From Mantamonas sphyraenae STR306 (lineage: Eukaryota; Protista; CRuMs): a stretch of DNA of 64,000 nt. The notes below the pieces were generated by a model. It was not told the DNA's origin. It was given only the letters and a program-made list of their open reading frames with translations, and searched no databases. The stretch covers positions 62,001 through 126,000 of the forward strand of contig JAPMXV010000036.1 in the NCBI GenBank assembly GCA_026936335.1, given 5' to 3'. A program made the translations under genes and the position numbers. Of this stretch, positions 47,531 to 58,482 are shown one piece after another. Position 1 is the first letter of the stretch. Each line of letters opens with the position of its first letter.

Positions 47531-49253
47531 ATGTCACACGAACGCCCTTTCCTCGAGCGTGCCACATCCATCGGCCCTGGCGAAGAAGGCCTCAACGAAG
47601 CTGTGCTGAAAGAAGGCGGCTCGCTGGAAGTCGTGCTTGAGCACACCACGTCTGAAGTCTCGCCGCTGGACGACGCCACAGAATGTTGTGGAAGCTTGGT
47701 GTGGGCCCTCGTCCACGAGGTCCTGACCACTCTGGCCGACATCGAAGCCGAGGAAGAGCCTGTCGACACCGATGCATGCACCCCAAAGCGACTGCTCACC
47801 CCGCTCCTGCAACAGCTGCACTACAATCACCCGCGTGGCGACCTCCTCCAACAAGGGAAATTGTTCGAAGTTCCCGTCCTCCACCAGGCCTACCCTTCCA
47901 ACTGCGGCCACCACGCCCTCTACAACGCAAAGACTATTATGCGTGCCGCCTGTGCCGACTCTGATGAAGATGCCATGGCCATCCTGTACGCCCAGCCATC
48001 CCCCGCCCCACCCTTTTTTGCCCCCACTTGACTCACCCCTCCCTCGCCCATCCCTTCCCACCCTCATGATCCTCGTCCTCCCCTGCAGCACTTCCCTCGA
48101 ATCCAACGTCCGCTTCTGGCACGCATACTGGCGCCAGAAGCGGCAGGTGCTCCAACGCCCTGCACACAAGAGCGACATTGTCGAGCGAGAAGACATGCTG
48201 ACCATGCTCGATGGGGACCCGCTCATTCACCGCCTCAACTACACCTCACTGCCCGACATCGGGTTCCACTCCCTCCTCAACGCCGTCATGGAGAGTGAAC
48301 AGGTCCTCGCTCTCCAGGCGACCTTCAACCACCTCCAGGGCGCCTCCGACTGCTGCCACGCCTTTCTCATTGGCCTCACCAACCATTGGACCACAGTGTT
48401 TATCAACAAAGTGGACGGCCAACAGGAAACCTTTTTCCTGGACTCGCGCGATCTCTGGCTTCTCAACGCCACTGCCACCCGCATCCGGACCATCCTCGAA
48501 GAGGCCAAGGAGCGCCACCCGGAATGGCGAGGCTACAACGTCGACATGTACATCGAGAGCCTCAAAGACGTCGATTTTGTCATGCACATGCTCGACTCGT
48601 GTGCAGCAGGCGACGACGACTTTCTCGAGCTCTACCTCGACGTCTACCTTGGCACAGGCATGCTGGACAGCTTTGATGAGTGGGTTGCACCCATGTTTCC
48701 CCACCTGCGCACCTCCAGACTGCCCACCATCCGCATCTACGGCTCCGAGTGGAATTGCGGGGTGCCAGGGTGCGACTGTCTGCTCCATCCATTCTCTACC
48801 GCCACCGTTCACGCCTCCCCGGCCAAAGGCATCGTCATGCCCTCCTCCAACGCGGATTCCCTCGACACTAGCGTCGACACCGCCCAGCTCGCCCAGGATG
48901 TTGCCGCAGACAACGAGAGCCCTCGCGAGACCCTCCTGATGTGGCTCCTCTGTGGATGGCATCCCACCCTGATCCGAACCACAGTGTGCGACCGTCTCCA
49001 AGCCATTGGCGTCCACCACGTCTCCGAAGCGCTCCTTGGGCGCCTCCACTCGTGGATCGAAAGCCTTGCCGAACCGCTGGATCTCCAGCACCTGGACGAC
49101 TCGCAGCACGATGGACCCCCCGTCGATGACGACACAAACGCCATGTTGCACACTCTGCGTGATGCCCTGGTCATCATTGGTCTCGATGTGCTGTGCCTCA
49201 CAGAGCTGCCGCTGGGCGTCGAGTGGAAACGGGCTGCTCAAGACACCTCATGA
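47531..49253 (+). CDS. Uncharacterised protein with a papain-like (Josephin-like) Cys-His-Asp motif set
   Basis: HQAYPSNCGHHALYN...NHWTTVF...FLDS. Intron 47986-48088. Confidence 0.62.
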
Positions 49254-49268
49254 CTCAAGCAATGCAAT

Positions 49269-51024
49269 TCATTCTTCCTCTCCTCCCCCATCCCTTTCCT
49301 CTCCACCTTCTTCCCTCAACACCCCCAGCCACTCCCGCATGGACGCACCATCACGCTGGCCCAGAAACCCAAGTGTCTCGACACCGGCAAACGTGCGAAG
49401 TGAACCTGAATCGAGGTCGGATTGCAGCGCAGAGGGCACACGTGGCATAAATACGCGCACTTCAGGATAGGTGCGGATGTGTAGGGATGGGTCGACGTCG
49501 TTTGCGTTGGCATCCAGCAGCAGGAAGCGTCCAGTGGCGTTAAACTCGCCTGCAAGCGTGTCCCACAACGGCACGAACCGCCGGCTATACACGCTGTACG
49601 GCAGCACAAAGTTGACAAAGACGGGCTCATGCGTGTCGTTGGCCTCCATATGGGCCAGAGTCGCCTCCAGCTGCTTCCAACTGACCCGCTGCACGTGACG
49701 CAGGTCGCCCACCCAACCATCCTTCTCTACCGCCTCCTGCGCCGTCTCACTTCGCAGCGACGGCGCCACACGGTCCGCTTCCACATCGCGACAGAACGCA
49801 AGCAGCTTCTCTGCATCGATAGCACTGTGCACCTCATCGTCATTGCGAGCCAACACATAATTCCGTTCCCTGGGCGTGTGCATGATCACAGCCTCCACAG
49901 CCTCCAGCTGCACACGCTCCAGCCCAAATTGCCGCTTCCAGTCATTGTACATGCGTGCATCGACCCAGTGGAGTGTCATACGCGGATGCAACGCGGGTGC
50001 AATCTCCAGCATCGCACTCACCTGCGTACGTACGAGAGCAGACTGCCGTGCATCCACAAACACAATCAACGCCGGCTTGCGCAGATCCATGCGCAGTTTC
50101 CAATTGTTGCCGTGCAGCTCGTCCACCATGCGTCGCCCAAACATTTCCAACCACTCCTGCACATCTTCCATCGGTGCGGCCTCGGCCGCCATGGGACGCA
50201 TTTGCACTTCGCCGCCTGCGTTGCGAAGGATCAGAAAGCGTGGGGTGTCCAGTTTGTAGCCCACAGCGGGCAATTCCAACAGCTGCTGTGCGGAAAAGTA
50301 TTCGCCGGGCGATTGGTCGCGCAGATTGAACATGGAGGCCGCTTCCGGATCCATGACGGCGACAAACCAGTGCTGGGCTTGGTATGCGGCAGCCACACGT
50401 GCATACTCGGGCATGGGTGGCAACAGACCAATCACCATGTGTTCGTTGGGCGGCACGTCGCGTGCAAACACCTCCAGGGCACGTTCGGGCGAATCCACAT
50501 CCATGCGCACTGTGTTGCTGCACAGACGCAACGCAAAATCGGCCATTGCCTCCCCACGCATGGGTTGCCGGTAGTGCAACGGCTTGCCGTCTCGAAACAG
50601 CACCACCCGCGGGTGGCCGTGCACACCGTACCGTTGCCGGATGTTGCGGTACGCATTGCCGTTTACCGTGGCCAGTCGCAGTGCCACCCTGTCCTCAGGG
50701 TCTCGAGCACGCACCATCTCCGCCGCCCGTCCATACTCCCGCAGTGCCCCCTGCGAGTGTGCACAATGCGGCGCCCAGAACAGCACCAGCCCACAGCGCC
50801 GTTGACTCACAAAATGTGCAAACGACTGTGCGTTCAGTTCGCCCACCTCTCCTGCCTCCATCTCTCCCATTCCTCCAATCTGGCCATCCTCCTCCTCCTC
50901 CCCCTCCAGCCGGCCCGGAGCAACTCCTCCTTTCGCCTTCCGTGCAGCCTCCTCGTCCCCTCCCATCCCAACAACACCTGCTTGTCCTCCACCACCACCA
51001 CTTGCTCCCCCCATGGCTTGCCTT

Positions 51025-51056
<32 letters not shown>

Positions 51057-51434
51057 CCTGACCTTGATCTGCTCCATCATGGCTCGCATCTTGGCTTGCT
51101 GGGCCGCCAGCCTCTCAGCCCGCGTTTCTTCCGCCCCGTCAGCATCCAACGCTGCACGTATCTGTGCCAACACGCGTGCCTCTGTGCTTCGACGTCGCAA
51201 TCGTTCCACTTGCGTCAGCTGCCTTTGGATTTGCGTCAGCACAGCCTGCGGCACCCCGTTGCCGTCGGCGTACTCCTCGTCCAGTTCAAACTCGTCTGCC
51301 ATCTCCTGCAGATGTTCCCCCGCCTCTTCCGCCTCTCCTCTTGCTTCTGTTGCCAGTCTGCCCATGGCCAGGGTCATTATCAACACCAGCCTTGCCACCA
51401 GCACCTGCTTCCGCCTCGCCTGCGTCGTCGTCAT
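49269..51434 (-). CDS. PDI-like multi-thioredoxin-domain protein with a CxxS site
   Basis: Hydrophobic leader, coiled-coil region, LVLFWAPHCAHS, an a-b-b'-a'-like layout, and a last domain lacking Cys (LPYSVYS...DANANDV..IRTYP). Confidence 0.78.
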
Positions 51435-51584
51435 CACACTGGCGCCCCCAGCGCACACCCGTACCACACACCACACCTCTCCACCGTTGGTCTCGGTTTG
51501 TCCATCCCTCCTCGTCTGATCCCTCTCTTCCTCTGCACCCCATTACACCGTGCACACTCCCGCCTTTGTCCGGCCCAACCCAAA

Positions 51585-51782
51585 ATGAGCGGAAGCGACG
51601 GCGAGTCGAAGCGGCGGCATCGACGCCGAAAGTCGGCTGCCACAGGCTCCACCTCAACAACCACCACAGGCGCAAGCCAAAAGTCACGCAAACACAAGCG
51701 CACGCGTTCTGTGGACGTCAGCAAACGAAGGAAATCGGGCGGCGGTGGCTCTGGCAACGGCGGCCTGACAGCGTCGTCATCG

Positions 51783-51819
<37 letters not shown>

Positions 51820-53582
51820 TGTCAGGCACGGCTGGCAGTGGCGCAGGCAGCGGTGGCGACGACGCCTCCTCGTCGTTGTGGGAACGCAGGTACCACGGCC
51901 CGCGTGCAAGCCTGTCGTCGGGAGGCATGGACAAGGAAGATGGCACAATGCCACACATGTCCGTGTCGTTGACCACACACCACAGTGGCAGCAGCACACA
52001 CTACAGTGGCGGCGACGACGACGACGAGGCTGCGGGCCATTCCGAGCTCTCGCCCACGTCGGCCAACACCTTCCACAACCAATCCTTCTACGAGGACAAG
52101 GCCTCATGGTCCAATTGGGAGCCACGCATGCGTCCCAACCCATCCAACAGCGACCCGGTGACACCCACGGGCCACGATGCCGACGTGGCAGCCTTCACCC
52201 TGGACGGCCACCTCGATTTGCAGCGCGTCCTCGACGACCGCATTGGCTCCGGAGACGACGAAACCACGGGACAGGGACCAAAGATGCGCCACCGCGTCGC
52301 ACTGGTGTGTGACATGATGTGGCCCAACGTGGGTGGCGTAGAGGCACACCTGTACCAACTGAGCCAGTGTCTGGTGCGCATGGGCCACAAAGTCATCATT
52401 GTCACCCATGCCTACGGCAACCGTTACGGCGTCCGTTACCTCACCAGTGGGCTCAAGGTGTATTATCTGCCCTTTTACCCGTTCTACCGTTCCAACTCCT
52501 GGCCCACCATCTTTGCCTTTTTCCCGCTCTTTCGTCAGATTGTGCTTCGCGAGCGCATCACCATTGTGCACGGCCACCAGGCGTTCTCCTCTCTGTGCCA
52601 TGAGGCCATCCTGCATGCCACCACCATGGGCATCCGCACCTGCTTCACCGACCACTCGCTGTTTGGCTTTGACGACGCCAGCAGCTTCCACACCAACAAG
52701 TTTCTCAAGTTTACGTTGTCCAACATCAAACACGTCGTCTGTGTGTCCTACACCAGCAAGGAGAACACCGTGCTGCGTGCACGCCTGGACCCACGCACGG
52801 TGTCGGTGATCCCCAACGCCGTCGACGCTGCCTCCTTCCAACCCGACCCCAGCCGTCGCGACCCGGAACGCATCACTGTCGTGGTCATGAGCCGTCTCGT
52901 GTACCGCAAGGGCATCGACCTCCTCGTCGACGTCATCCCCACCGTCTGTGCACGCTTCCCCGAGGTCGACTTTATTATTGGCGGCGATGGCCCCATGCGT
53001 GTTCTCCTGGAGGAGATGCGCGATCTCCACAACCTCCACGAACGTGTGGAGATGTTGGGTGCCAAGTCGCACTCCGATGTCCGCGATGTCCTTGTCCGCG
53101 GCCACATCTTTCTCAACTCCTCCCTCACAGAAGCCTTTTGCATGGCCATCGTCGAGGCCGCCTCGTGTGGTCTCTTGGTGGTGTCGACACGCGTGGGAGG
53201 CGTCCCCGAGGTGCTGCCTTCCCACATGCTTATGTTGGCCGAGCCCGAAGCCGAGGCGCTGTCCAGCAAGCTCGGCGAAGCCATCCACAAGCTCAAGAGC
53301 GTCGATACGTATGCCTTTCATGACCAAGTGGCCTCGATGTACTCTTGGGACAACGTGGCCCAACGCACCGTTCATGTGTACGAGCAGATTGCCCAACTGG
53401 ACGACATGCCCTTTATCGAGCGACTGCGTCGCTACTACGGCTGTGGCTTGTGGGCCGGCAAAGTGTTTTGTGCCATTGCTGCCCTGGACTATCTCCTCTG
53501 GCGCATCCTCGAGTGGGCCTATCCCGCAGACGAGATTGAAGATGCCGAAGACTGGCCCATTTCCGACGATTGGGAGCTGTGA
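51585..53582 (+). CDS. PIGA: GPI N-acetylglucosaminyltransferase catalytic subunit PIG-A with a ~230-aa disordered N-terminal extension
   Basis: PNVGGVEAHLYQLSQCL, HAYGNRYGVRYL, FTDHSLFGF, SRLVYRKG, NSSLTEAFCMAIVEAASCGL. Confidence 0.96.
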
Positions 53583-53661
53583 ACGTGGCTGGAGGTGGGA
53601 GGGGAGAGGGGGTTTGTTCTCATTGTTCTCATCAAAATCAACACCCGTCTTCGTTGTCGTC

Positions 53662-55633
53662 TCAGGTCTGCTTGGCACTCAGGGTGAACTTGTCCAGGAC
53701 GGTAAAGTCGCGGTCCTCGATAAACTGCCAGGTCAGGCTCTTGCGGGTCACTTGCATGAAGCCAAACCCATAGCGTGCGTATCGAGCGGCACTCCAGGAG
53801 GGCACGTCCTTGGGGTCGGGGAAGTGCGAGTCGATGTGCTCCTTGCAGCCTGCAGCGCCGTCGACGACATACACGGGGCCCGCAGGGTTGGGTTCCCACT
53901 TGTACATGGGAGTGGTGCGCTGGTAGTCGTGCACGTGTCCCGTAATGACCAGATCCACGCCGTACTTCATGAAAATGTCTTCCAGCCAAAGGAGAAAGTT
54001 GGCTGCGTCACGACCGCAATTGGCACTGCCCGGGTTCACACAGTAAAATGGACGATGGGCCATAACGATGATCCAGGGCCGTGCGGCACGGTTGGCTGCA
54101 GCCTTTGCCAGATCCTGCTCGATCCACGTGTGCTGTGCGGTGCCTGGAGAAATGTCTGCCACGAGGTCCGAGTGCCCCTCCGTGTTGATCGAGGTGATGT
54201 GCATGGGCCCGTAGTCGAAGCTGTAGTACAACGAACTGTTGGAGCCACTCTGTTGCCACGGCATGCCCATGCCAAACCGGTTGCGGTACGCCAGGAAATC
54301 CTCAAAGGATTCGTGGTTGCCCGGGCACGTCATCAGGGGCACAAACCCGGCAATGGGTTCCATCTTGCGCATGAACGAGTCCCACAGCGCCTGATACGTG
54401 TCTGCATACGACTCATCGCCCGCCTGAAGATACATGTCCACCTGTCCCCGCTGGCGCATCCCTGCCAGACGGTAGATCGAAGGGTCCGACACGTCCGTGG
54501 CACCCATGTCTGCCGTCACGGCAATGTTCCACGTGTCCTTCTTGGCATCCTCCGTCACAAACCACAGGTCCGGCTGCGAGTAGCCATGCCACACGTCCGG
54601 GTCACCGACCCGGTAGTAGAACTTGGTGGCCGGCGGCAAATCCGTAAGAGTCACCATGTGCAGGAAGCCCTTCCATCCACCAATGGTGTATGTCCACGAC
54701 GTCCCATTCACTGTCTTGGTGCCCGGTCCAAACCCGCCGTTCTGGGGACCAAAGTCGGGCTGCGGCTTGAACGGTTCCGGGCCAAACTGCACCTGTGTGG
54801 CTGTGTGTGCAACAAAAACGGGGGGGGGGTGGGGTGGGGGACCGAGTGAAGAGAAGGGAGAGGGGAGGGGAAAGGGAGGGGGGTGGGTGACGGTGGGTTA
54901 GTGTGTGTGGGGGGGAGGAGAAACGGACGGGTGTGTGGAAAACCAAGAATGTTCTTGCCGTCGGTGGCGGCCAAGCACCAAAATACCTACCACGCGGCGT
55001 CAACGTGGCCCACATGACCACCAGCTAACCCAGAGAGTATCATGGAGAGCGAGCGAGCGAGAGCGTGTGTGTGTGTGTGTGTGTGTGTGTGAGGGTGTGT
55101 GTGGGAAAGAGAGGTGAGCAATCCGGGGTCGTCCACGCCAGGCGAGCAAGCCCCCCCCCCCGTTTTTTGCGTTGACATTGAAAGGGACCTACCTCGTCGG
55201 GCTGACCCGTGACAGCCAAATGGATCTGCTCAGGCATGTTGGGAGACTCGCAGCAATCGACAGGACACAGCTCGAGGATGGTGCAGGTGGCATAGGTGCT
55301 GTAGCGCTCGTGGAGCTGAACCTCACCCAGGTTGAGCAGGTTGATGAGGGTTTGCACACGGGATTGGCACAGGGATTTGAGCGACGAGGGCAGCAGGTCG
55401 CACACCTTGTCCAACACCGCCTTGATTTCCGCCTCGGTGCTGTTCTTGCCCAAATCCTGGAGCAGGGTGGGCAGCAGCGTTGTGCAGGCAGGGCAAAAGT
55501 CCGTCGCCTCCACCGCGCCCTGCTTCTGCACAGGCGTGGTCATCATCATCGACGACGACAAACGGCCTCCTTCGCCCATACACAACCCCGCCATGGCCAG
55601 CATGGCAACAACGACAATGGCAATCTTGTTCAT
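53662..55633 (-). CDS. Secreted saposin-B + purple acid phosphatase fusion protein
   Basis: Six-Cys saposin pattern, then PEQIHLA and the PAP ligand motifs DMG, GDESY, GNHE, MAHRP, GHVH. Exons 55633-55193, 55024-54991, 54800-53662. Confidence 0.88.
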
Positions 55634-55705
55634 CAGGTGTGCGTTGGTTGTGTTGGGACAGGATGGGGAGGAGTCGCAGCTGCCTGCAACCCAGTTGCCT
55701 CCACA

Positions 55706-57536
55706 ATGGCCTCCTTGCCAGTGTTTGCCATCGACGCCGTCCTGCTCGAACGCTACATTGGCGCAAGCACAGGCATTGGTGGCTCGGACATTGCTCCCAG
55801 TGTGGTGCTCAAGAGCTCAGACGCCTCCGACTGGAAGCAGGAAGCCATCGGCCCGCTGGTCATCACCGCCCAACAGGGCACTCACTTTACAATCACCGTC
55901 AGCGAGTATCTTTCCTCCGCCGTAGGTTTCATGGAGCAGGTGCCCTTGGGATGGATCATTTGATCATTTGCACCGTGGCTGTGGCTCCATCCTCCCCCGG
56001 GGACGGGTGGGGGGGTGTGGAGAAGGAGCGACGATGCTGACCCTCTTCGCGGCGCACGATGGCCCGAAAACCGCACCGGCCACACAGGTCCTGGAGAGCG
56101 AGTTGAGGCCTCCGTTCCGACACAAAATGGTGAACGAGACGTTTCATGTGCTGATGGACACTGATTCGGAACTGTGGCGTGTGAGCTGCGCGAGTGCGGC
56201 GCAGTCGTATGAGTTTGGGGCGGTGGTGAAGCACGTGCTGCAGTTCATGGAGCAGGAAGAGCTGGCACGCATGCTGGGCGAGTCCAACCTGGACGCCTGC
56301 GACATTGTGTTGCACCGCACCACCTCCGTCACCGTGTTCCGCTACGACGAGAGCATGGATGGCACACGCAGCAGCGGTGAGGAAGGGAAGAAAGACAGGG
56401 AAGAGGGCCAAGCAACAACATCAACAACAGGAGCAGCAGGAGCAGCAGCAGCAGGTGGCCGCTGGGTGACTGCCAATCCAGACCGGGTGGCACCCAGTGT
56501 GCTCTTTCTCACCTGCTACGCCGACCCGACGGAACTCGTGTACAAATTCCGTTTGGTGGAGGTCAACTCGGCGAGTGGGCGCTCGCACGTGAACCTGCTC
56601 CTGGCGCCGGATCTGCCGTACCAGATGGTCAGCGACACGTGGCATGTGTTCACAGACATGCAGTACAACACATGGGGGCTGCTGTTTCACACTGCGGACG
56701 ACGCCGATCTGTTTGCAGAAGACTTTATGGCCATTGTCGACCACCTGCACGCCCTCACACGCACGGAAGGCCTGGCCGACGTCAACGCCGTGGCTCAGAT
56801 GTACTTTAACATGGAGTATATGATCAACGCCCAGATTGCACAGGTGGACGTGGAGGAGGTGATTGCTCCCGTGGATCTGCCGGACATGGAGCAGTTGGCA
56901 CAGGAAAAGGCGGCGTGGGAAAAGGCCAATCGGGATTCGGTGGGCAGCAGCAGCAGCGCAGACGGAAACACAGGCGGGGCCGCAGGCGCAGCGGGAGGCA
57001 CAGGAGCGGGCGCAACAGGCGGGGCTGGAGGACACTCTACGTCGGGATTGCATGGTTCGGGGTCGTCGAGTGCGTTGAACACGTCGTCCAAGGGCATTTT
57101 GGGAGACATCATCAGCGGGGGCCTGAAGGGCAGCGCCTCAAACGTGTCGCTGCCGGATGCGCCGCTGGAGGCGGTGGAGTTTGAGAAGCTGTGTTTCCAT
57201 GGCAACGAACGCAAGGTGCTTGCAATCATCGAAGCACGCATGGTGGATCTGACACACAAGAACGCGTTTGGGGAGACGTGGCTGCACGTGACGGCCAACA
57301 TTGGCAAGCGACGCATTGTGGAGGCGTTGATTGCCTCGGGGGAACTCAACGTGGATGAACAGACCGCACGTGGTGAGACTGCACTGCACATTGCTGCAAA
57401 GGCAAACCATGGCAAGGTGGTGCGAGCCCTCCTCGACGGCGGTGCATCCACATCCCTCAAGAACGAGGACGATGAACTCGCCTACGATGTTGCCCCGCGA
57501 CGTGTCAAGGCTGTCTTTGATGCCTTCAAGGCCTGA
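55706..57536 (+). CDS. Protein with tandem EVH1/WH1(PH-like) domains and C-terminal ankyrin repeats
   Basis: YQMVSDTWHVFTD...WGLLFHTADDADLF (EVH1-like). Ankyrin repeats GETWLH and GETALHIAA. Intron 55922-56087. Confidence 0.7.
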
Positions 57537-57552
57537 GGCCTGAGGCCTGAGG
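57530..57552 (+). repeat. (GGCCTGA)x3 tandem repeat overlapping the stop codon
   Basis: ggcctga ggcctga ggcctga gg. Confidence 0.8.
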
Positions 57553-57714
57553 CGCGCAGGGGCTGGCAACACGAAAAGCCAGGAACCCCCCTTTTTTGGC
57601 ACACACACACACACATACACACTCGGGGGTTTACGGGCACCACAAAAAGGGGAAGTATTGCGGATAAACACATACAGATACACCAAACCACACAGAAACA
57701 TTGGTCGTTCGCAG

Positions 57715-58447
57715 ATGGACGACTTTGATCTGCGTACGCACGATGCGACGCTGGAGTACGATCCGGAGACGGACCCGCATTTGACGTACCACAGGCGGAT
57801 AATGCAGTCACGACGAGGATCGGTGGACGATGTGAATCCGTACAACATCCGTGTGATTGAAGTGTACTCGCCGACGAGGGAGCAGCAGGCAGAGGCGGCA
57901 GCCAGGTTGGCCAAGCCCCGTGTGGTTAATCCGGACGCGCTGGCCCGCAAGGTGGAGCGAGAACGCAGGAAGACGCTGGAAAAGGAGAAAAAGGCACGGG
58001 TGAAGCTGGAACGTCGGTTCAACGAGGTGAGCCGCACGCAGGTGAAGAAAAAGAACAAAAAGCTGAGCAAGGCCAAGCTGGCGCGTGTTTTGCAACGGTT
58101 GGCCAAGCCTCAAACGCCGAAAGAACCGGAACAGCCAAAGCTGGTCAAGACGCTGCCCAAGGGACACATCCAACGGGCAGTGCAACGGTTATCCCAGAGT
58201 GGACGCCAGGAGGGCAACGAGGGCGATGGAGTCAAGGCATGGCAACAGCAGCGGAGCAGCGGGCCGTCGTTCCGGCCGGCAAGCGCCAATCCGGGGATTG
58301 GGCCAGCCCCAGCGCCACCCAAGCGTCCCACACGCCCTGCATCTGCCTCGGCCACTCAACAGCGCAAAGTGTACGAACGACTGTACCAGGGCTCCCAACG
58401 ACCCATGCACAGACGTCCGTCGAGGCCGCTGTCGTCCAGCCAGTATC

Positions 58448-58482
<35 letters not shown>

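Noticed and set aside
49629-51584. Apparent 1317-aa PIG-A fusion ORF
   Set aside because: The first ~650 codons are the antisense shadow of the PDI-like gene. The plausible start is 51585.
12923-53582. Possible ER/glycosylation gene cluster (Dgk1-like, SPCS2, GT8, GT41, PDI, PIG-A)
   Set aside because: The genes are scattered among unrelated housekeeping genes and share no single pathway, which is compatible with chance.
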